Origin: a virus
Lineage: Duplodnaviria > Caudoviricetes
DNA length: 64,000 nucleotides
Strand: one strand, 5' to 3'
IMG/VR virus record: IMGVR_UViG_3300031555_002371
Coordinates: 92,002 to 156,001 of that record
A program made the position numbers and the translations under genes. Within the stretch, counting starts at the first letter, position 1. Each line of letters begins with the position of its first letter. This document shows, piece by piece, positions 9,897 through 22,525 of the stretch. Below the pieces are notes generated by a model that saw only the letters and a program-made list of their open reading frames with translations, was not told the DNA's origin and did not search any database.

Positions 9897-12800
9897 AATA
9901 AACAACAAGAGGTATTAAAAATGAAAACCATCGTAATGAACACACTTGCAAAGGTAAATAAGGATTCCACCCTTGATGAAATCAAGGCTGTTATGAAGGC
10001 TGAATGTGCAAAGGTCACATTCAAGATCACCGATAGTGATTGGAACAATATGCTCACCGAAGTGCTTTACGAGTTGATGTGATTAATTTACATCGAAAGC
10101 TAAATCTAAACAACCACAAAGAAAAGGAGAATTTGAAAATGGGATGCGCTAATTTTAGAAGAATGGAATTTGATATGCCGATGATTTGCGGTAGAACCTA
10201 CGGTCAGATGGCAGAAGAATATGAAAGAGAATTTGATGAGGAATTCAGCGACGAGCTTTATTACATCTATCAAAGCGAAGAATTTGACGATGCTGCGGAG
10301 CTTGCGGAAGAATTCACCAAAGGCTTGGCATTCCATGATGTTAGCGTAATTTCCGGTCATTATGACGGTTTTCAATTCTATGTTGAGGAAAGATACGGAA
10401 ATACATTCGACCTTGATAAATCGTCGAGATATTGCATTGACAATGAGGATGCACATTATTATTTCGATATGTTCAGAAGCCAGGCGTTGAGAAAAGCCGA
10501 TGCGGAAAAGAACAAAATCCGCAAATGGTTGATGAGTCTTGAGGCAAGGGGGTATAACGTTGTGGTTTGTACAGGTAGATTTAGCAACGGAGAAGCAACC
10601 TATTCAATCGCAACACCCAGAGCGCAAATGATAGCGGCAGCGAGATCATAAGGAGGAAGTCATGGAAATCAAAATCACCAAAAGACAAAACATCTTTGAA
10701 CAGCATAATGACAAGGTATCGAATTATTGCTATCTTGTGTATGGAAAGATTATCAACGACGAGAAAACCAAATACAAGAAATTCAGATTTGTAGTACATT
10801 TTGATGGATACGATTTATACGAAGAAGGATGCAAAACCAAAGCGGACATGATGGATTATCTTGATATGCTCATCGATGGCTTTATTTCTTCAATTGAGAG
10901 CTACGATAATTGCGAAGCGTTTTATGAGGCTTGCCGGGAATCAATCAGAAGCTACAACGATAAATTTGCGGCATAAGGAGAACGACATGGCACGATATAG
11001 AAAAACATTCAAATTTTGCGAAACTGAAGATGAGGCAAAACGGTTTTGCGAATCGGAAAATAAAAACCGATATATCCGAAAACATCATCCAGCGCATTAC
11101 ACGCTATGGAATAGTCAGGATGGCAAAGAACACAAATTTATTGCATGGTACGTTACAAAGTGAGGCGGAAAAGATGAAGAAAACAACCTATGAATTAGGA
11201 AAGAAAAACGGAGAAAAGCATGAAAAATTTTGAATTATGGTTTGGCTGCCTGGGCAATGGCACAACGGTATGCAATAAAGCGGTAGAGGAAAACGGCGAT
11301 TATAAGGTGATTGCCCATATCTCAAACGCTGGAAACATCCGATGGAGAGTAAAAGAATCATATGTTCCTGCGGAAGATATGAAACGTATCAAAGAAATGG
11401 CGGCGAGAGATAAAACAAACTTCCAAAGGGAATTTGAAAAATTCCCGATGAGAACACAATATGCAAGAATCATCGATGCCGTACCGTTTGACAAATTCAT
11501 GGAGTTTGTAGACGATAAGAGACCGCTTGAGGAAAAGTTGCAGACTATGCGCGGATACTATTACACCATAGCATAAAGGTAACGATATATGAAAAATAGA
11601 GTGATAAACTATAAGGGATATATTATTAGCACAGAAGAGGGAGAAGAGAAGGGAATCTTTTTTAGAAATCCTTTGCAGAATGTATCCTTTGATGCGTATT
11701 ATGACGAGCCGATTTTGTCCGCTTGGAAATATCTAAATGATATTAAGAATCCCATTAGAAGATTATATGAAATTCTAATTGGTAATGGAAATATCGTAAA
11801 GAATATTAAGAGTTGGTCGGAAGATATGGATTGGGGCGGTTTTAATGGGAATATCTTATGTTTCCCTATCTATTTCAAGAGAGAATACAGAAAACTAACA
11901 GCTCATTGTTGTGCAAGTGGCAATATTGCCAAAATCGAATCTTATGGATATGAAAGCGAATTTAATTCTTGTAGTGGTGATTGCCATATAGAAAAAACTG
12001 TAATTCATTTGAGCAATGGTAAATCTATTAGAATTAAAAGAAAAGAACAGTATCATTTTACCTATGAACATATCGTGAAGGAAATTATTGATACTGACAT
12101 TAAAGAGTGATTTTAGACGGAGGATATTATGATTTACGAACAGATGGAATTTTCTAAAATTAAAGAGCTTAAGGTTGGAGATAACATTTATATCGGAATC
12201 ATAAATGCCCATAACAAAATGAATTTTATTAAAGCAATAGTAACACGTCCTTTGTATTGGAATAGTGATGCAGACGAGCCGGACTGGGAAGTTGAAACGA
12301 ATAATGGATTTGTAGATATTTATAGTATTTTTCAGATCAATGCTTTGAAAAATGTATTTTTGGCAGATTTAATGATGGAACAGAGGGAGCAGATGTAGCA
12401 ATGGAAAATATCAAGTATATTAACAAGATCGTAGAGTATATCGCAAAGCCGGTCAATTTAAAGCCGATTGGAAATTGCATTTATATTGTACTTGCAAACG
12501 GAAATAGAATCAAGAGTTATTGCGAACATGATGGAGTAATGCTTGAAGTTATCAATTTCAAAGAAGGAAAAGTTGACAGCGCATTTCTTCCTTTTTGCAA
12601 TTACTTCCAGGCGGTAAGATGTAGCGCAAATGCGCCTCTGTGGTATCAGAGTATCGATAGAGATGGATTGTGGCGTTTTGAAAAAATGTATACACACGTT
12701 CTTCCCAAAGATAGCGATTATGAAAGTTTGGCGGATGCTATCACCGATTATATCGAGCTGTTTTCATAATGACACGTAAAGAATTAAAGCGAAAAATTCA

Positions 12801-14444
12801 ATCTCATAGATACTCATGGACTCATGGAGAGATGGAGCATAGAGATAGAATAGAAAAAGAACTTGAATCAGAAAATTATCATCACTTGTTGCTTTTGATA
12901 AGAAACCATAATTACTCGGCAGCATTTGATTGGATAGAGAAAGGAATCTAATATGTCATATCTGGATGAGGTTAAAAAGGCGTAAATCCGCATGGTGTTG
13001 CATATGCGGATATGACAAAGGGCAAACACGTTGTTGTTGATATCCCGATAAAACACGGCGAGGATGTTGTCGAGGTAGAAGGCACTATTTCAAGTGAGTT
13101 ATGGTATGATAAACCTTGCCACTCGGTCAATAGTAGAATCGACTTGACAAAGCAAAATACAAAGCAGGATATCATTTCGTTTAGTCGTGGTTTATATGCG
13201 GTATATGCGGAACGTATCAAGCGGATATATTAACGATAATAAAAACGGCATTTCATTATCAAAGCAAGGAGTTAAAAATGAAGTTGACAAAATTTTCATT
13301 CAAGTTTAAGGGCGGAGTTATTTCCGTTATGGCATTCAACAAATCAGAAGGCAAGATATTAGCGCAAGCGGAAGCGATTAAGAGAGGATGGGATTATGAG
13401 CTACTTTGAAGTTGCAGGCTTTACGGAGCATATCGAGGAGGTAAAATAATATGACCAAAACCGGATGGTGGGTAGTTGATTTTGATATCACCCTGGACGG
13501 TAAAACCGTTAGGTTTGAAGATTTAGATGAGTGTTCCCAGGAACATATTTTGGAAAGAATCAAAGAAGGATATAAACAAGGTGAAATTGTTGAAGAAACC
13601 AACGATTAACAAAAGGGAGATAGCGATGAGTTATTCAATTATTTTTGAAACAAAGATTGTAAAACTTTCCGATGGGAGAATTATTCATTTTGATTTGAGC
13701 GGATGTAATAACGATAATTCCGGGCGAGATCGCCATGAATTCCATGCAAAGATTTATACCGTTGAGGACTTCATCAAATATGCGGAGCATTTCAAAGAGA
13801 ATTCAAAGCCGCATAAAGAGTCTAATGGATTTGATTTGAAGATTGGCAGCCGATATGCAACGATGTATGATTATGGCGAGCATCTTTTGAGAATGTTGAA
13901 GCGAGCAGAAACATATGCGGATTTTCTCTCTAAACGCTATTCGTCGGCGGAGTATTGCATCGGTATTGAGTTGTACAAACCGGAGCGTAAAACCATGACA
14001 CTTGAAGAATTTGACAAAGTGTTTTATAAATTGCTTTATGGTGAGGGCGGTTTGTCTTATTCAAGAGTTATGGAGTATCCCGATATGCGTAATGAGGCGG
14101 AGATTGTAAGGCTCATTGAGGATAAAAAGCCGATTCAATTCTATATCGGTAAAGTAAGATAAAGCACTTGAAAAATTCACAATTCTATGATATAATATTA
14201 TAGAGTACATATAGGCTAAAATAAAGCCGTTTGAGAGCGTTTCACAAGGAGAGATATATAAATGCCCATTCTGATTATTCTCGGCATATGCACCGTTTAC
14301 GCCGTTTATGGAGTATATAACAAGCTAACCACATCAAACACGGTTCACGACAAAGAGACACGTGACAAAATCGGCAGAGAAATGACCGGTAAATCTCCTT
14401 CAGAATGTAGGAAGATTTTAAAGAAGTATAGATAAGGAACGACA

Positions 14445-14642
14445 ATGATGGATAACAAGCCAAATAGAAAAACGCATACAAGCAGCGTGGTAAAGCGCAA
14501 ATACAACGATAAAACATATGAGACGGTCAGAGCCATGCTTCCCATTGATTTGGTACAGCAATTCAAAGCAAAATGCGAGAGGGAAGGTAAATCCCAGGCA
14601 AGTATCATCAAAGCCGCCATCGAAGCATATTTACAGTCATAA
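14445..14642 (+). CDS. ribbon-helix-helix DNA-binding protein
   Basis: KRKYNDKTYETVRAMLP...FKAKCEREGKSQASIIKAAIEAYL pattern. Confidence 0.65.
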   Translation: MMDNKPNRKTHTSSVVKRKYNDKTYETVRAMLPIDLVQQFKAKCEREGKSQASIIKAAIEAYLQS

Positions 14643-14703
14643 AGTTGGTTAGCCTATGCTAACTGACTTTTTTGAAATTTTTCAACTTTTTTCAAAAAAC
14701 CTC

Positions 14704-14732
14704 TTGACATACTCGGCGGAGTATGATATAAT
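14704..14732 (+). promoter_or_regulatory. sigma-A promoter with CATACTC-N4-GAGTATG palindrome
   Basis: TTGACA-N17-TATAAT; preceded by the GTTAGC palindrome at 14647. Confidence 0.85.
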
Positions 14733-15759
14733 ATAGGTGTAAGATAAATAAACACAAAAGGAGAACCCATCATGAGCAAAACAATGTTTGAGTATTTAAA
14801 AGAGAGAACCTTTGATGGATTAAATATCAAATCCGTAAAGGAAACCAACACGAAGTACACCATCGTCTTTGAGTTTGAGGGAGATGAGGCAAAGGCTGAT
14901 TTGCCCAAATCCTGCGCACCTGGCTGCCACTATGATGTATGCGACAATTCCATCATTACGGCAATGTCAACCATCTATTTCAATAGAGGCGATTTTAAGA
15001 ACGCCAAAATGTGGCTTGACAAAATCACCGATAAGAAAGACTAATAGGAGGATGGCAAAAAAAATGATTACGATAAGAGATTTATTGAATAACGTTGAAC
15101 TTCAATCTACGGCAAAATACTTCTACTATGACTATGATAAAGAGCAAAGAATTGAGTTGACCGAGGAAGAAGCAAGAGATTATGACATTAAGTACATCTA
15201 TGAAGAAGATGGCATTATTTGTTTTGAAGTTGATAAGGAGAGCTAAAAATGAAAGTATATAGTTATAGATTGAGCCACAAGAACACAGATAGAATAATTG
15301 TCGTACAAGGTCATAGCATGGAAGAAGCCTGTTTGAATTTCGGCGCAAACGTAAATCATTATGATTTTCTATCCAAAGAGTTTGTAAAAGATGATGGCAA
15401 AACCAGTCTTGAAGAAGCGATTGGATACGCCGGAGCAAAAGCGATTGTAGATGGTTTTGAGCGTAGCGGCGATTGGAATAGAGACCATATTCGACTTTCG
15501 AATAAACTTCAAAAGTATTACTATGATGATGTTGGAATCTATAATCGGAACATTGAAGAAGCTATTGAGGTTATGGTACACCTGGCGATTGCAAAACGAT
15601 ATCCCGACAATGATTTTATTGTTGACCATAATAATATGATGTATGAGATTGATAGCTCGCTTTAAAATGTTTGTCAACCAACAAATAATTTATTTGCAAA
15701 AATCAAACGATAGGCAAATAAATTTTTTCAAAAAACCATAAATAAATCTGAAAAACCAC

Positions 15760-15808
15760 TTGACAAAACAAGAAAAGTATGCTATAATATATACAGTAAA
15801 TGAGTTAC
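15760..15808 (+). promoter_or_regulatory. sigma-A promoter plus GTAA-N5-TTAC operator
   Basis: TTGACA-N17-TATAAT; GTAAATGAGTTAC 15796-15808. Confidence 0.85.
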
Positions 15809-18800
15809 AACAATAACCGATGTTCCGCATCGTTTATTTAAAATCTTGGAAACTAAATCTGAACAACCACAAAGGAGGATGAACATGGTAGATAATTATG
15901 GTAGATGGACGTATGAGCAAAACACACCCGAAGAAAAGAAATGTGATTGTGACCGCATTGCAGATTGGATTTGCAAAAAGGGATATACGCCGAAAACCTC
16001 TATTGAACATCTGGTACACATGATTATTCTTATGTTCGATTGCTGCGACAATTACGGAGAGTATGACGAAGAATCGGGATGTGGCGGTTATGGTGATGAA
16101 TTCACTATTGAGGGATGCAAACGGTATGTTGAAGATTCCGGCGGATTTAAAGAATTTGATTATGAGGCATAAATGGAGGAAGCAACGATGATTAAGATTT
16201 TAGAGTTGAAGAATTACACGATTCCGTATTGTGGGAATAAAAGGATTCAGCCTTATGGCGATTTAGTTGTTACCGATGGAACACATAAAAAGACCGCAAA
16301 GATTATGGATGATGGCATAAAGCAATATATCACATTTAACCGAAAGAGATATTACGTCCGCAATGCCGGCAAGCTGTACAGCCCGAAATATGTTATTGTG
16401 GGTAGTATGGAAGATGCGATTGCATGGTTAAAAGAAGCCAATTTTAAAATCGAAATTCAGAGCGACAATGCGGTAAAGGTATATTACAAAGATTGCACCG
16501 GCGAGTTTACACAGATTACCCCATGTGATGAGTCGAGAGATGGATATTACATGATTGAGGGTAGAGTACAAAATCTTATGGATTGGATAAGGAGATAAGG
16601 AAATGAAAATCAGAACATGGATTAAATATGAGGAATCTTTTCTTCCCACACCGAGATGCCGCAAGTTAAGATACCGTGAGTGCGAGGATTATGTGGAAGC
16701 CAATCTCAAAGAGGTTGACAAGGGCGAATTAAAACTTGCATTTGAAGATGATAGCTACGGCGGAGCAGGAGATATTTATTTCTACAAGGGCAAATTGTGG
16801 ACGAAAGATAAAACAAATGTAAGTATTATTTCTGATTTGCAGGAGCGAGGCAAAAAGGTAAGCACCGCATTAGATTACTTGATTTATTGCCATGAAAATT
16901 GTAGCACTTATTTCTTCTTTTCGTGGGATAGAGAACAAGGCAAGGACACATCGAGAGATGCTGTAATTAAGAAGTTGAGAGCGGATATGAGCAATTATAT
17001 CCTGGTCGATGGTGAGCTTTATAGAACCACTGCAGAGCCGAGATATTGCATTTATACTTTTGGATTAGGTCATAATCACGGCGGTACTTCACTATCGGTT
17101 GATTATCATTATAATATCAACATTAGCAAAGAGCGTTATTTCTCCGCCCTTGACGGAGAAAAGGCGGTTGAGGAAGCAAATCGAATTGCCGCAAGACGTG
17201 GAGATACAAACTATGTCGGAAAGTTTGTTGCAAGAATTACCGTTCATATGCCGGAACTTGTGAAGATTAAACCGAAGAAGCAGCAGCATGGAAACGGAAA
17301 TGAGATTATCAATTCGATGGAAAGTATCATCAATAATTCCAATAGCGCAAACGAAGCAGGATTGATGTGTATGATTGCATCGACAATGGTTGGAAGATAA
17401 GGAGGTAAATATGTTTGGTGGTAGCGTATGTCTTGTTAAAGATAACGGAGATTGCGAATATCTCTATGAGTATATAAACGATATCAACGATGCGGAACTT
17501 CTCGCACAGTTGGCAATGGAAAATAGATATCGAGAAGGGTTGATAATTATTTTTCCTGGTCATAACCGAGGCATCCGAAGCAAGGGCGGAGAGGAATATG
17601 AAAGAGCTTTGAACCTTGCAAAGAAATATAAAGCAGAGGTAAAGAAGATGGGAACTTTGAAAAAGAATAGTTTGGAAAATGCGAGAAGATGGCTAATCAA
17701 AAACATCGAGGAAAACACGAACCGATTTGATTTTCAGATTCTCAAAGAAACCGAGAACGACGGCTGCTATTATTTTGATTGCAAATACAAATGGTCGTTG
17801 AACGGCTGGGTAAAAAATGTTCATTCGGAAATCATTGTTATTTATCATGAGCAAACCGGGCAGTTTGTAAGCCCTGAACTTATTGCGACTTATCCACCTT
17901 CAAAAGCAACTAAATAAGGTTGCAAATCAAAAAAGCAATCAAATAAAGTTGCGAAAAGAGGTTGTGAGGTTGTAATGTTAAAAGAATTTAGAAAATACGA
18001 TAGAGATAGCATCCGTAAGGCAATAATTCCAGTCCGGAAAATCAACGAAATTCTTTCCGACAATGATATTCCAATCAAGATACTTTATAAGTATGAGGAC
18101 AAAAGCAATTTTTGCAAGTTGTCTATTGAAAATAACAGCCACACCACTTTAGTATCTTCGGTAGTTGTCGGAAATCTTTTAGGAATTACCATTGAAGATT
18201 GGTATTGGGTGAACAACGGATATGATATTTGCATTGAATATCAAGTTAAAAAGGAGATAAAAAATGGCAAGAAGAATTGAAGGAACTATTTACAGATTGA
18301 CCTATGCCGCCACTTGGCACGATTATGTTGAGTGTAGCAGCAAGGAAGATTTGTTCAAGTATGTTGCACAAGAAGTTGTCAATGGTCAGATTGTTACCTC
18401 TGTCAATGAAATGTGTAAGGATGGCAGTACACCGAAAGTCAGAGTCCACACCGACAAGGAGTTCAATCGGATTTTGAAACAGTATCAGAACCCGCCGGAA
18501 GTCCGAATGTAAGAGAGTTACTGGACGAATAGCGACGGCTGTCACTACTATCTCTCACCGATTGACGAAAAGGATTTTTCTGTCGGTCAGTTTAGTGTTG
18601 ATGCTCGTTCTTTGACACAGGCACGAAAAGAAGCAAAGGTTTGGATTAAGGAAAAATCCAGCGAATACAAAATCATTATTGCGGGGGTTAATTATGGCAA
18701 GGGTTTTAACGACACTGCTCAAAGCAAAAGGATATAACAAGGTCGAAGTCTTTCAGGAGAAAACAAAGGTAAGAGGAAATGGAAATTTCTCTTTGCCCAA

Positions 18801-19002
18801 TGTCCTTAAAGAGTTCAAAACACCGGAAGAAGCAAAGGCGTATATTGAGGGCATCGTGTGGGCGGCAAATTACTACGGCATCGACGTTTCCCACTATATG
18901 AAGGATGTGGATTTGTAGTATGCGAAAAGTAGTATTTACCATTTACCGACAAGGAATTTCAGAAGATTTTGAAAGAGAGAAAAGAAAGGAAAAATATTAA
19001 AA

Positions 19003-19602
19003 ATGAAAATAGTATATAACGGCAAAGAATACGATATTACATCGGAGCAGGAACATAGCATAAATAAAATATTGGGAGTGGATAAACTTCCTTTTAAGGT
19101 AAAAGATTTTGACATATTTACAATAGCGGATATTGAATTTATCAAATTCCCTTCGGAAAATGGGAAAACGCCTGTATTGGCTAAAAACATTCTTTTCGAT
19201 AGCGAATTTGGAGAAACAAACAATCTGTCTGAAGCAACCGAACTTCTTGACAGGTTAAACAATGAGATTCTTTTAAAGATGGAAAATAGTATCGGAAAAG
19301 AAAACATTCTTGAATTTGAAACAGACTTAACTGCATTAGATGGAATGAAAGATTATGGAAAATTCAAGTCAAAAATTAGCTTGCCGACATTAGACTTTAT
19401 CCGTCGTAATGCGGAAATTTTGGATAAGTATAATCCTGGTGCGCGGTATTATACTGCCACACCTTTCAGCACTCCTAAACGCGATTATTCTCGTTGCGTT
19501 TGCTGTGTCAACTCCGGCGGTATTCTGGATTGGCGTGGCTGTGGCTATCGCGGCGGTATTCGTCCGTTTTGTATCTTGAATTCTTCCATCTTTGAATCTT
19601 GA
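19003..19602 (+). CDS. DGR target protein 2 (remote), C-terminal variable region, DUF6273/CLec-like
   Basis: 3' end matches the TR at 40208; paralog of 39194-39802; ends GIRPFCIL. Confidence 0.9.
   Translation: MKIVYNGKEYDITSEQEHSINKILGVDKLPFKVKDFDIFTIADIEFIKFPSENGKTPVLAKNILFDSEFGETNNLSEATELLDRLNNEILLKMENSIGKENILEFETDLTALDGMKDYGKFKSKISLPTLDFIRRNAEILDKYNPGARYYTATPFSTPKRDYSRCVCCVNSGGILDWRGCGYRGGIRPFCILNSSIFES
19489..19571 (+). repeat. DGR variable region VR2
   Basis: differs from TR at 12 positions that are all TR adenines, plus one C/T near the 3' end. Confidence 0.95.
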
Positions 19603-19612
19603 GGAAAATAAA

Positions 19613-20239
19613 ATGCAAAAGAAAAGAATTATAAGAATGATAAACAAGAATTCCAATAAGATAGCCATTGCGCTACTCTTGACAGTGATTGCGATTATCA
19701 CTTGCACAATTATTGTGTTTGCAACGAACATGGAAAGCAATGCTATAGATGATATAGAGAATTACACATCTGCGGAATCCCTCGCGGATTCCGTGAGTGG
19801 AGCAGTGGAATCTCTTGTTTCAAGCGAAGAACCCAAAACATCAATCGAATCGAATGATGTGCCGATGTCGGAAACGCCCATCACAGAGCCTCAAGAAATG
19901 TTTGTAAGCATCGGAGAATTTAAGTTGACTGCATATTGTCCTTGCACTAAATGTTGCGGAAAATGGGGAGAAAATCGCCCCACAGATGCCAACGGAAATA
20001 TGATTGTTGTAACAGCATCCGGAAGATATGCAAAGGAAAATTGGACGGTTGCAGCGGATACAAATATACTTCCTTTTGGAACAGGAATTTACATAAACGG
20101 ATATGAATACGAAGTACAGGACAGAGGCGAAGCGGTCAAGGGTAATAAGATTGATATTTACTTTGATGACCACCAGGAAGCATTGAATTTTGGCGTACAG
20201 TATGCAGAAGTTATGATTAAAGTTGTTGAGGTAGAATGA
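19613..20239 (+). CDS. 3D-domain protein with N-terminal transmembrane segment (putative peptidoglycan-lytic)
   Basis: TAYC...TASG...VAAD...PFGT...QDRG...KIDIY motifs. Confidence 0.85.
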   Translation: MQKKRIIRMINKNSNKIAIALLLTVIAIITCTIIVFATNMESNAIDDIENYTSAESLADSVSGAVESLVSSEEPKTSIESNDVPMSETPITEPQEMFVSIGEFKLTAYCPCTKCCGKWGENRPTDANGNMIVVTASGRYAKENWTVAADTNILPFGTGIYINGYEYEVQDRGEAVKGNKIDIYFDDHQEALNFGVQYAEVMIKVVEVE

Positions 20240-20243
20240 GAAA

Positions 20244-21431
20244 ATGAGATTCAGTATTGAAGCGAGTGAATTAAAGAATATAATCAATCGAGTATCGGCG
20301 GTAACGGTCAAGAAGCCATTTCTATCATTTATGTCCGCTCTTGAATTTTCTGTAAAACCAAACGGAATCCTTCACGTTGTTGCAACGGATTTGGAGCAAT
20401 TCGCATCGGTTAGCGCATCAACGACGGATTATGAGACCGGCACGATATATGCCTATGTGGAAAGTATCACAAAGGCAATTGCGAACATGAGCGGAATGAT
20501 TTCCGTCGAGTTGGCAAGCGAAGATATTATCTCTATCAGAACGCCAAAGAAGAAAACGGAAATTAAAGCGTTGGATTGCAAGAATATATACCCGAAATTT
20601 TCGTCGCTGGATATGCCACTCGCATTTAGCGCAAATGAGGGGGATTTAATAAACACCTTTATTGCGCTTAAACCTATGTTGGCTTCGCTTGATACAAACA
20701 CACCTATCTTTTCTGGTTTTAATGTGGATGCAATGCATAGTAGATGTATTTCGTGCGACACATATAGATACGGAATTAAAAAGCTCGGATGGAAATTCCA
20801 TAACCAAGAATTGAATATCACGATTCCTGGAAAGATTGCGGACAGTTTGAAGAAGATTGGAAATGCAAAGGGAAAAGATGATATCTCTGTTTTTGTCGGA
20901 AAACCGAATAAGGAAAAAGAAAACACACAAATCGCATTCATCGGAAAAGATTATGTATATGCGGTAAAGTTGCTTGCAGGACAGTATGTTGATATCGATA
21001 GGGTTACACCTTCTCTTGTTGATTACGAACTTTCCGTTGATACAAAGGAATTTGCGGCAGTTGCAAAAGAGTATATAAGCATAACTGATGCAAAACAAGA
21101 TGCGCTCATGTATTTCATGTGTGAGAATAATAGAGTATCCGCAGCAACCATTACTTCCAAGTTTAGAACGACAGACATATTGGAAAATTCCGTTGTAAAT
21201 AAACTTTATAACCCTTTCATTTCATGTTTTGATGCAAAGTTTATTCGTGAGGCAATGGAGCTTTTCAATGGAGAAGTGGTCAATGCACATGGCGCACAGA
21301 AAACTGCCACAAATGGATACAATTTGCATGGTATCATTTTTGAGAACGATAATTATACTGCATATGTTCTTCCCATTGGCGGACATAGAAAGCCGATAGA
21401 TGAAATCCGAGAGTTTATGACAGAATCTTGA
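20244..21431 (+). CDS. DNA polymerase III beta subunit-like sliding clamp
   Basis: 395 aa; ATDLE, CDTYR, GQYVDIDRV segments match the three-domain beta-clamp pattern. Confidence 0.75.
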   Translation: MRFSIEASELKNIINRVSAVTVKKPFLSFMSALEFSVKPNGILHVVATDLEQFASVSASTTDYETGTIYAYVESITKAIANMSGMISVELASEDIISIRTPKKKTEIKALDCKNIYPKFSSLDMPLAFSANEGDLINTFIALKPMLASLDTNTPIFSGFNVDAMHSRCISCDTYRYGIKKLGWKFHNQELNITIPGKIADSLKKIGNAKGKDDISVFVGKPNKEKENTQIAFIGKDYVYAVKLLAGQYVDIDRVTPSLVDYELSVDTKEFAAVAKEYISITDAKQDALMYFMCENNRVSAATITSKFRTTDILENSVVNKLYNPFISCFDAKFIREAMELFNGEVVNAHGAQKTATNGYNLHGIIFENDNYTAYVLPIGGHRKPIDEIREFMTES

Positions 21432-21473
21432 CAAATTACATAGGCTATGCTATAATATATGTAAGTGAGTTAC
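21428..21473 (+). promoter_or_regulatory. sigma-A promoter plus GTAA-N5-TTAC operator upstream of an HTH gene
   Basis: TTGACA-N17-TATAAT; GTAAGTGAGTTAC 21461-21473. Confidence 0.85.
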
Positions 21474-21480
21474 AACGATT

Positions 21481-21816
21481 ATGGCACAGCCAATTGGAGG
21501 ATATAAATTGAATAACAAATTAAACGCTAACATTGTTCTTGAACTTCAAGAGAAATGGGAGCATACAGATAAAAACACAATCATGGATAATTTGGAACGT
21601 TTCTTGATTGCGAAGTATCCGGAGTGTCGGGTGTTTGATACCAAGTTAGAGAAACTTATGGATATATCAGGAGCAAAGAAGCATACAGTTTATGCATGGG
21701 TAAATAGAAGTAGAGAGAATGTCAAAGTACCGTTCTTGAAACTTTGCGAAATTGCAAAAGCACTCGATGTAGATGTGGATATCTTATTGAGTCATGCGGA
21801 GAAAGTAGGAGAGTAA
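21481..21816 (+). CDS. XRE/Cro-like HTH transcriptional regulator
   Basis: LMDISGAKKHTVYAWVN...LKLCEIAKALDVDVDILL. Confidence 0.7.
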   Translation: MAQPIGGYKLNNKLNANIVLELQEKWEHTDKNTIMDNLERFLIAKYPECRVFDTKLEKLMDISGAKKHTVYAWVNRSRENVKVPFLKLCEIAKALDVDVDILLSHAEKVGE

Positions 21817-22291
21817 TTTATAATTATGTTTGCAAATGACGAAACAATGAGAGGGAAAATCAGAAACGATATTATCGCTAATGCCGATGATACACAGGTC
21901 TCTGTTGTAGATAAAAGATTCTTTGGGGCAATAACCGTTATCGGAGAAAACCACAAGGAAGCTGCGGAATATCTCAAAGAGCATTTAACCGAGTGTAAGA
22001 CGAGAGGCGCAGAGATTAAATTGCATTTTGAAGTAGAGGAAAAATTCAAGGTGGCATTAGATGTGGGCAAGAATTAAAGCGTTTATATGTAGACCGTTCT
22101 GCCAACATGATTATGAAAAAATTGCATGGCGAGAAGAATATGATAGAGTGCGAGAAGTGCGCTATTCTGTTCGTAGATATAAATGTACCAAGTGCAATAA
22201 AAAGATATGGGTAGATGGAAGATGCGACCCATATAGTAAATAAAAGACGGATTTTATCATCAAAAGATGGCATAAATAGAGGTAAAACAAT

Positions 22292-22525
22292 ATGAATAAT
22301 AATACCAGAACCAGAATCAAAACAGTCATAACCGCCGAGAGCCAAACATTAAAAAATATAGTTGATGAATTAAACATTCGACATCCCGGTAAATCTAAAA
22401 CAGCACAAAACCTATCAAACAAATTTTCCAGAAAAACCATTCGATTTGATGAGGTTGCGGAAATTATGGATATATTGGGTTATGATATTGTTTTGCGCAA
22501 TCGGAAAACAGGAAAAGAATTTTGA
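22292..22525 (+). CDS. small HTH-like protein
   Basis: TAQNLSNKFSRKTIRFDEVAEIMDILGY pattern. Confidence 0.55.
   Translation: MNNNTRTRIKTVITAESQTLKNIVDELNIRHPGKSKTAQNLSNKFSRKTIRFDEVAEIMDILGYDIVLRNRKTGKEF

Larger units (their letters stand above)
6368..18918 (+). other. dense array of small co-oriented hypothetical early (host-takeover-type) genes
   Basis: e.g. 6368-6676, 6660-6899, 6896-7120, 7122-7532, 7649-7888, 7904-8356, 8457-8705, 9921-10082, 10139-10651, 10662-10976, 11220-11576, 11589-12110, 12129-12398, 12401-12769, 13626-14162, 14772-15044, 15249-15665, 16173-16598, 16603-17400, 17975-18280, 18264-18512; most have GGAG/GAGG RBS and tight coupling. Confidence 0.75.
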
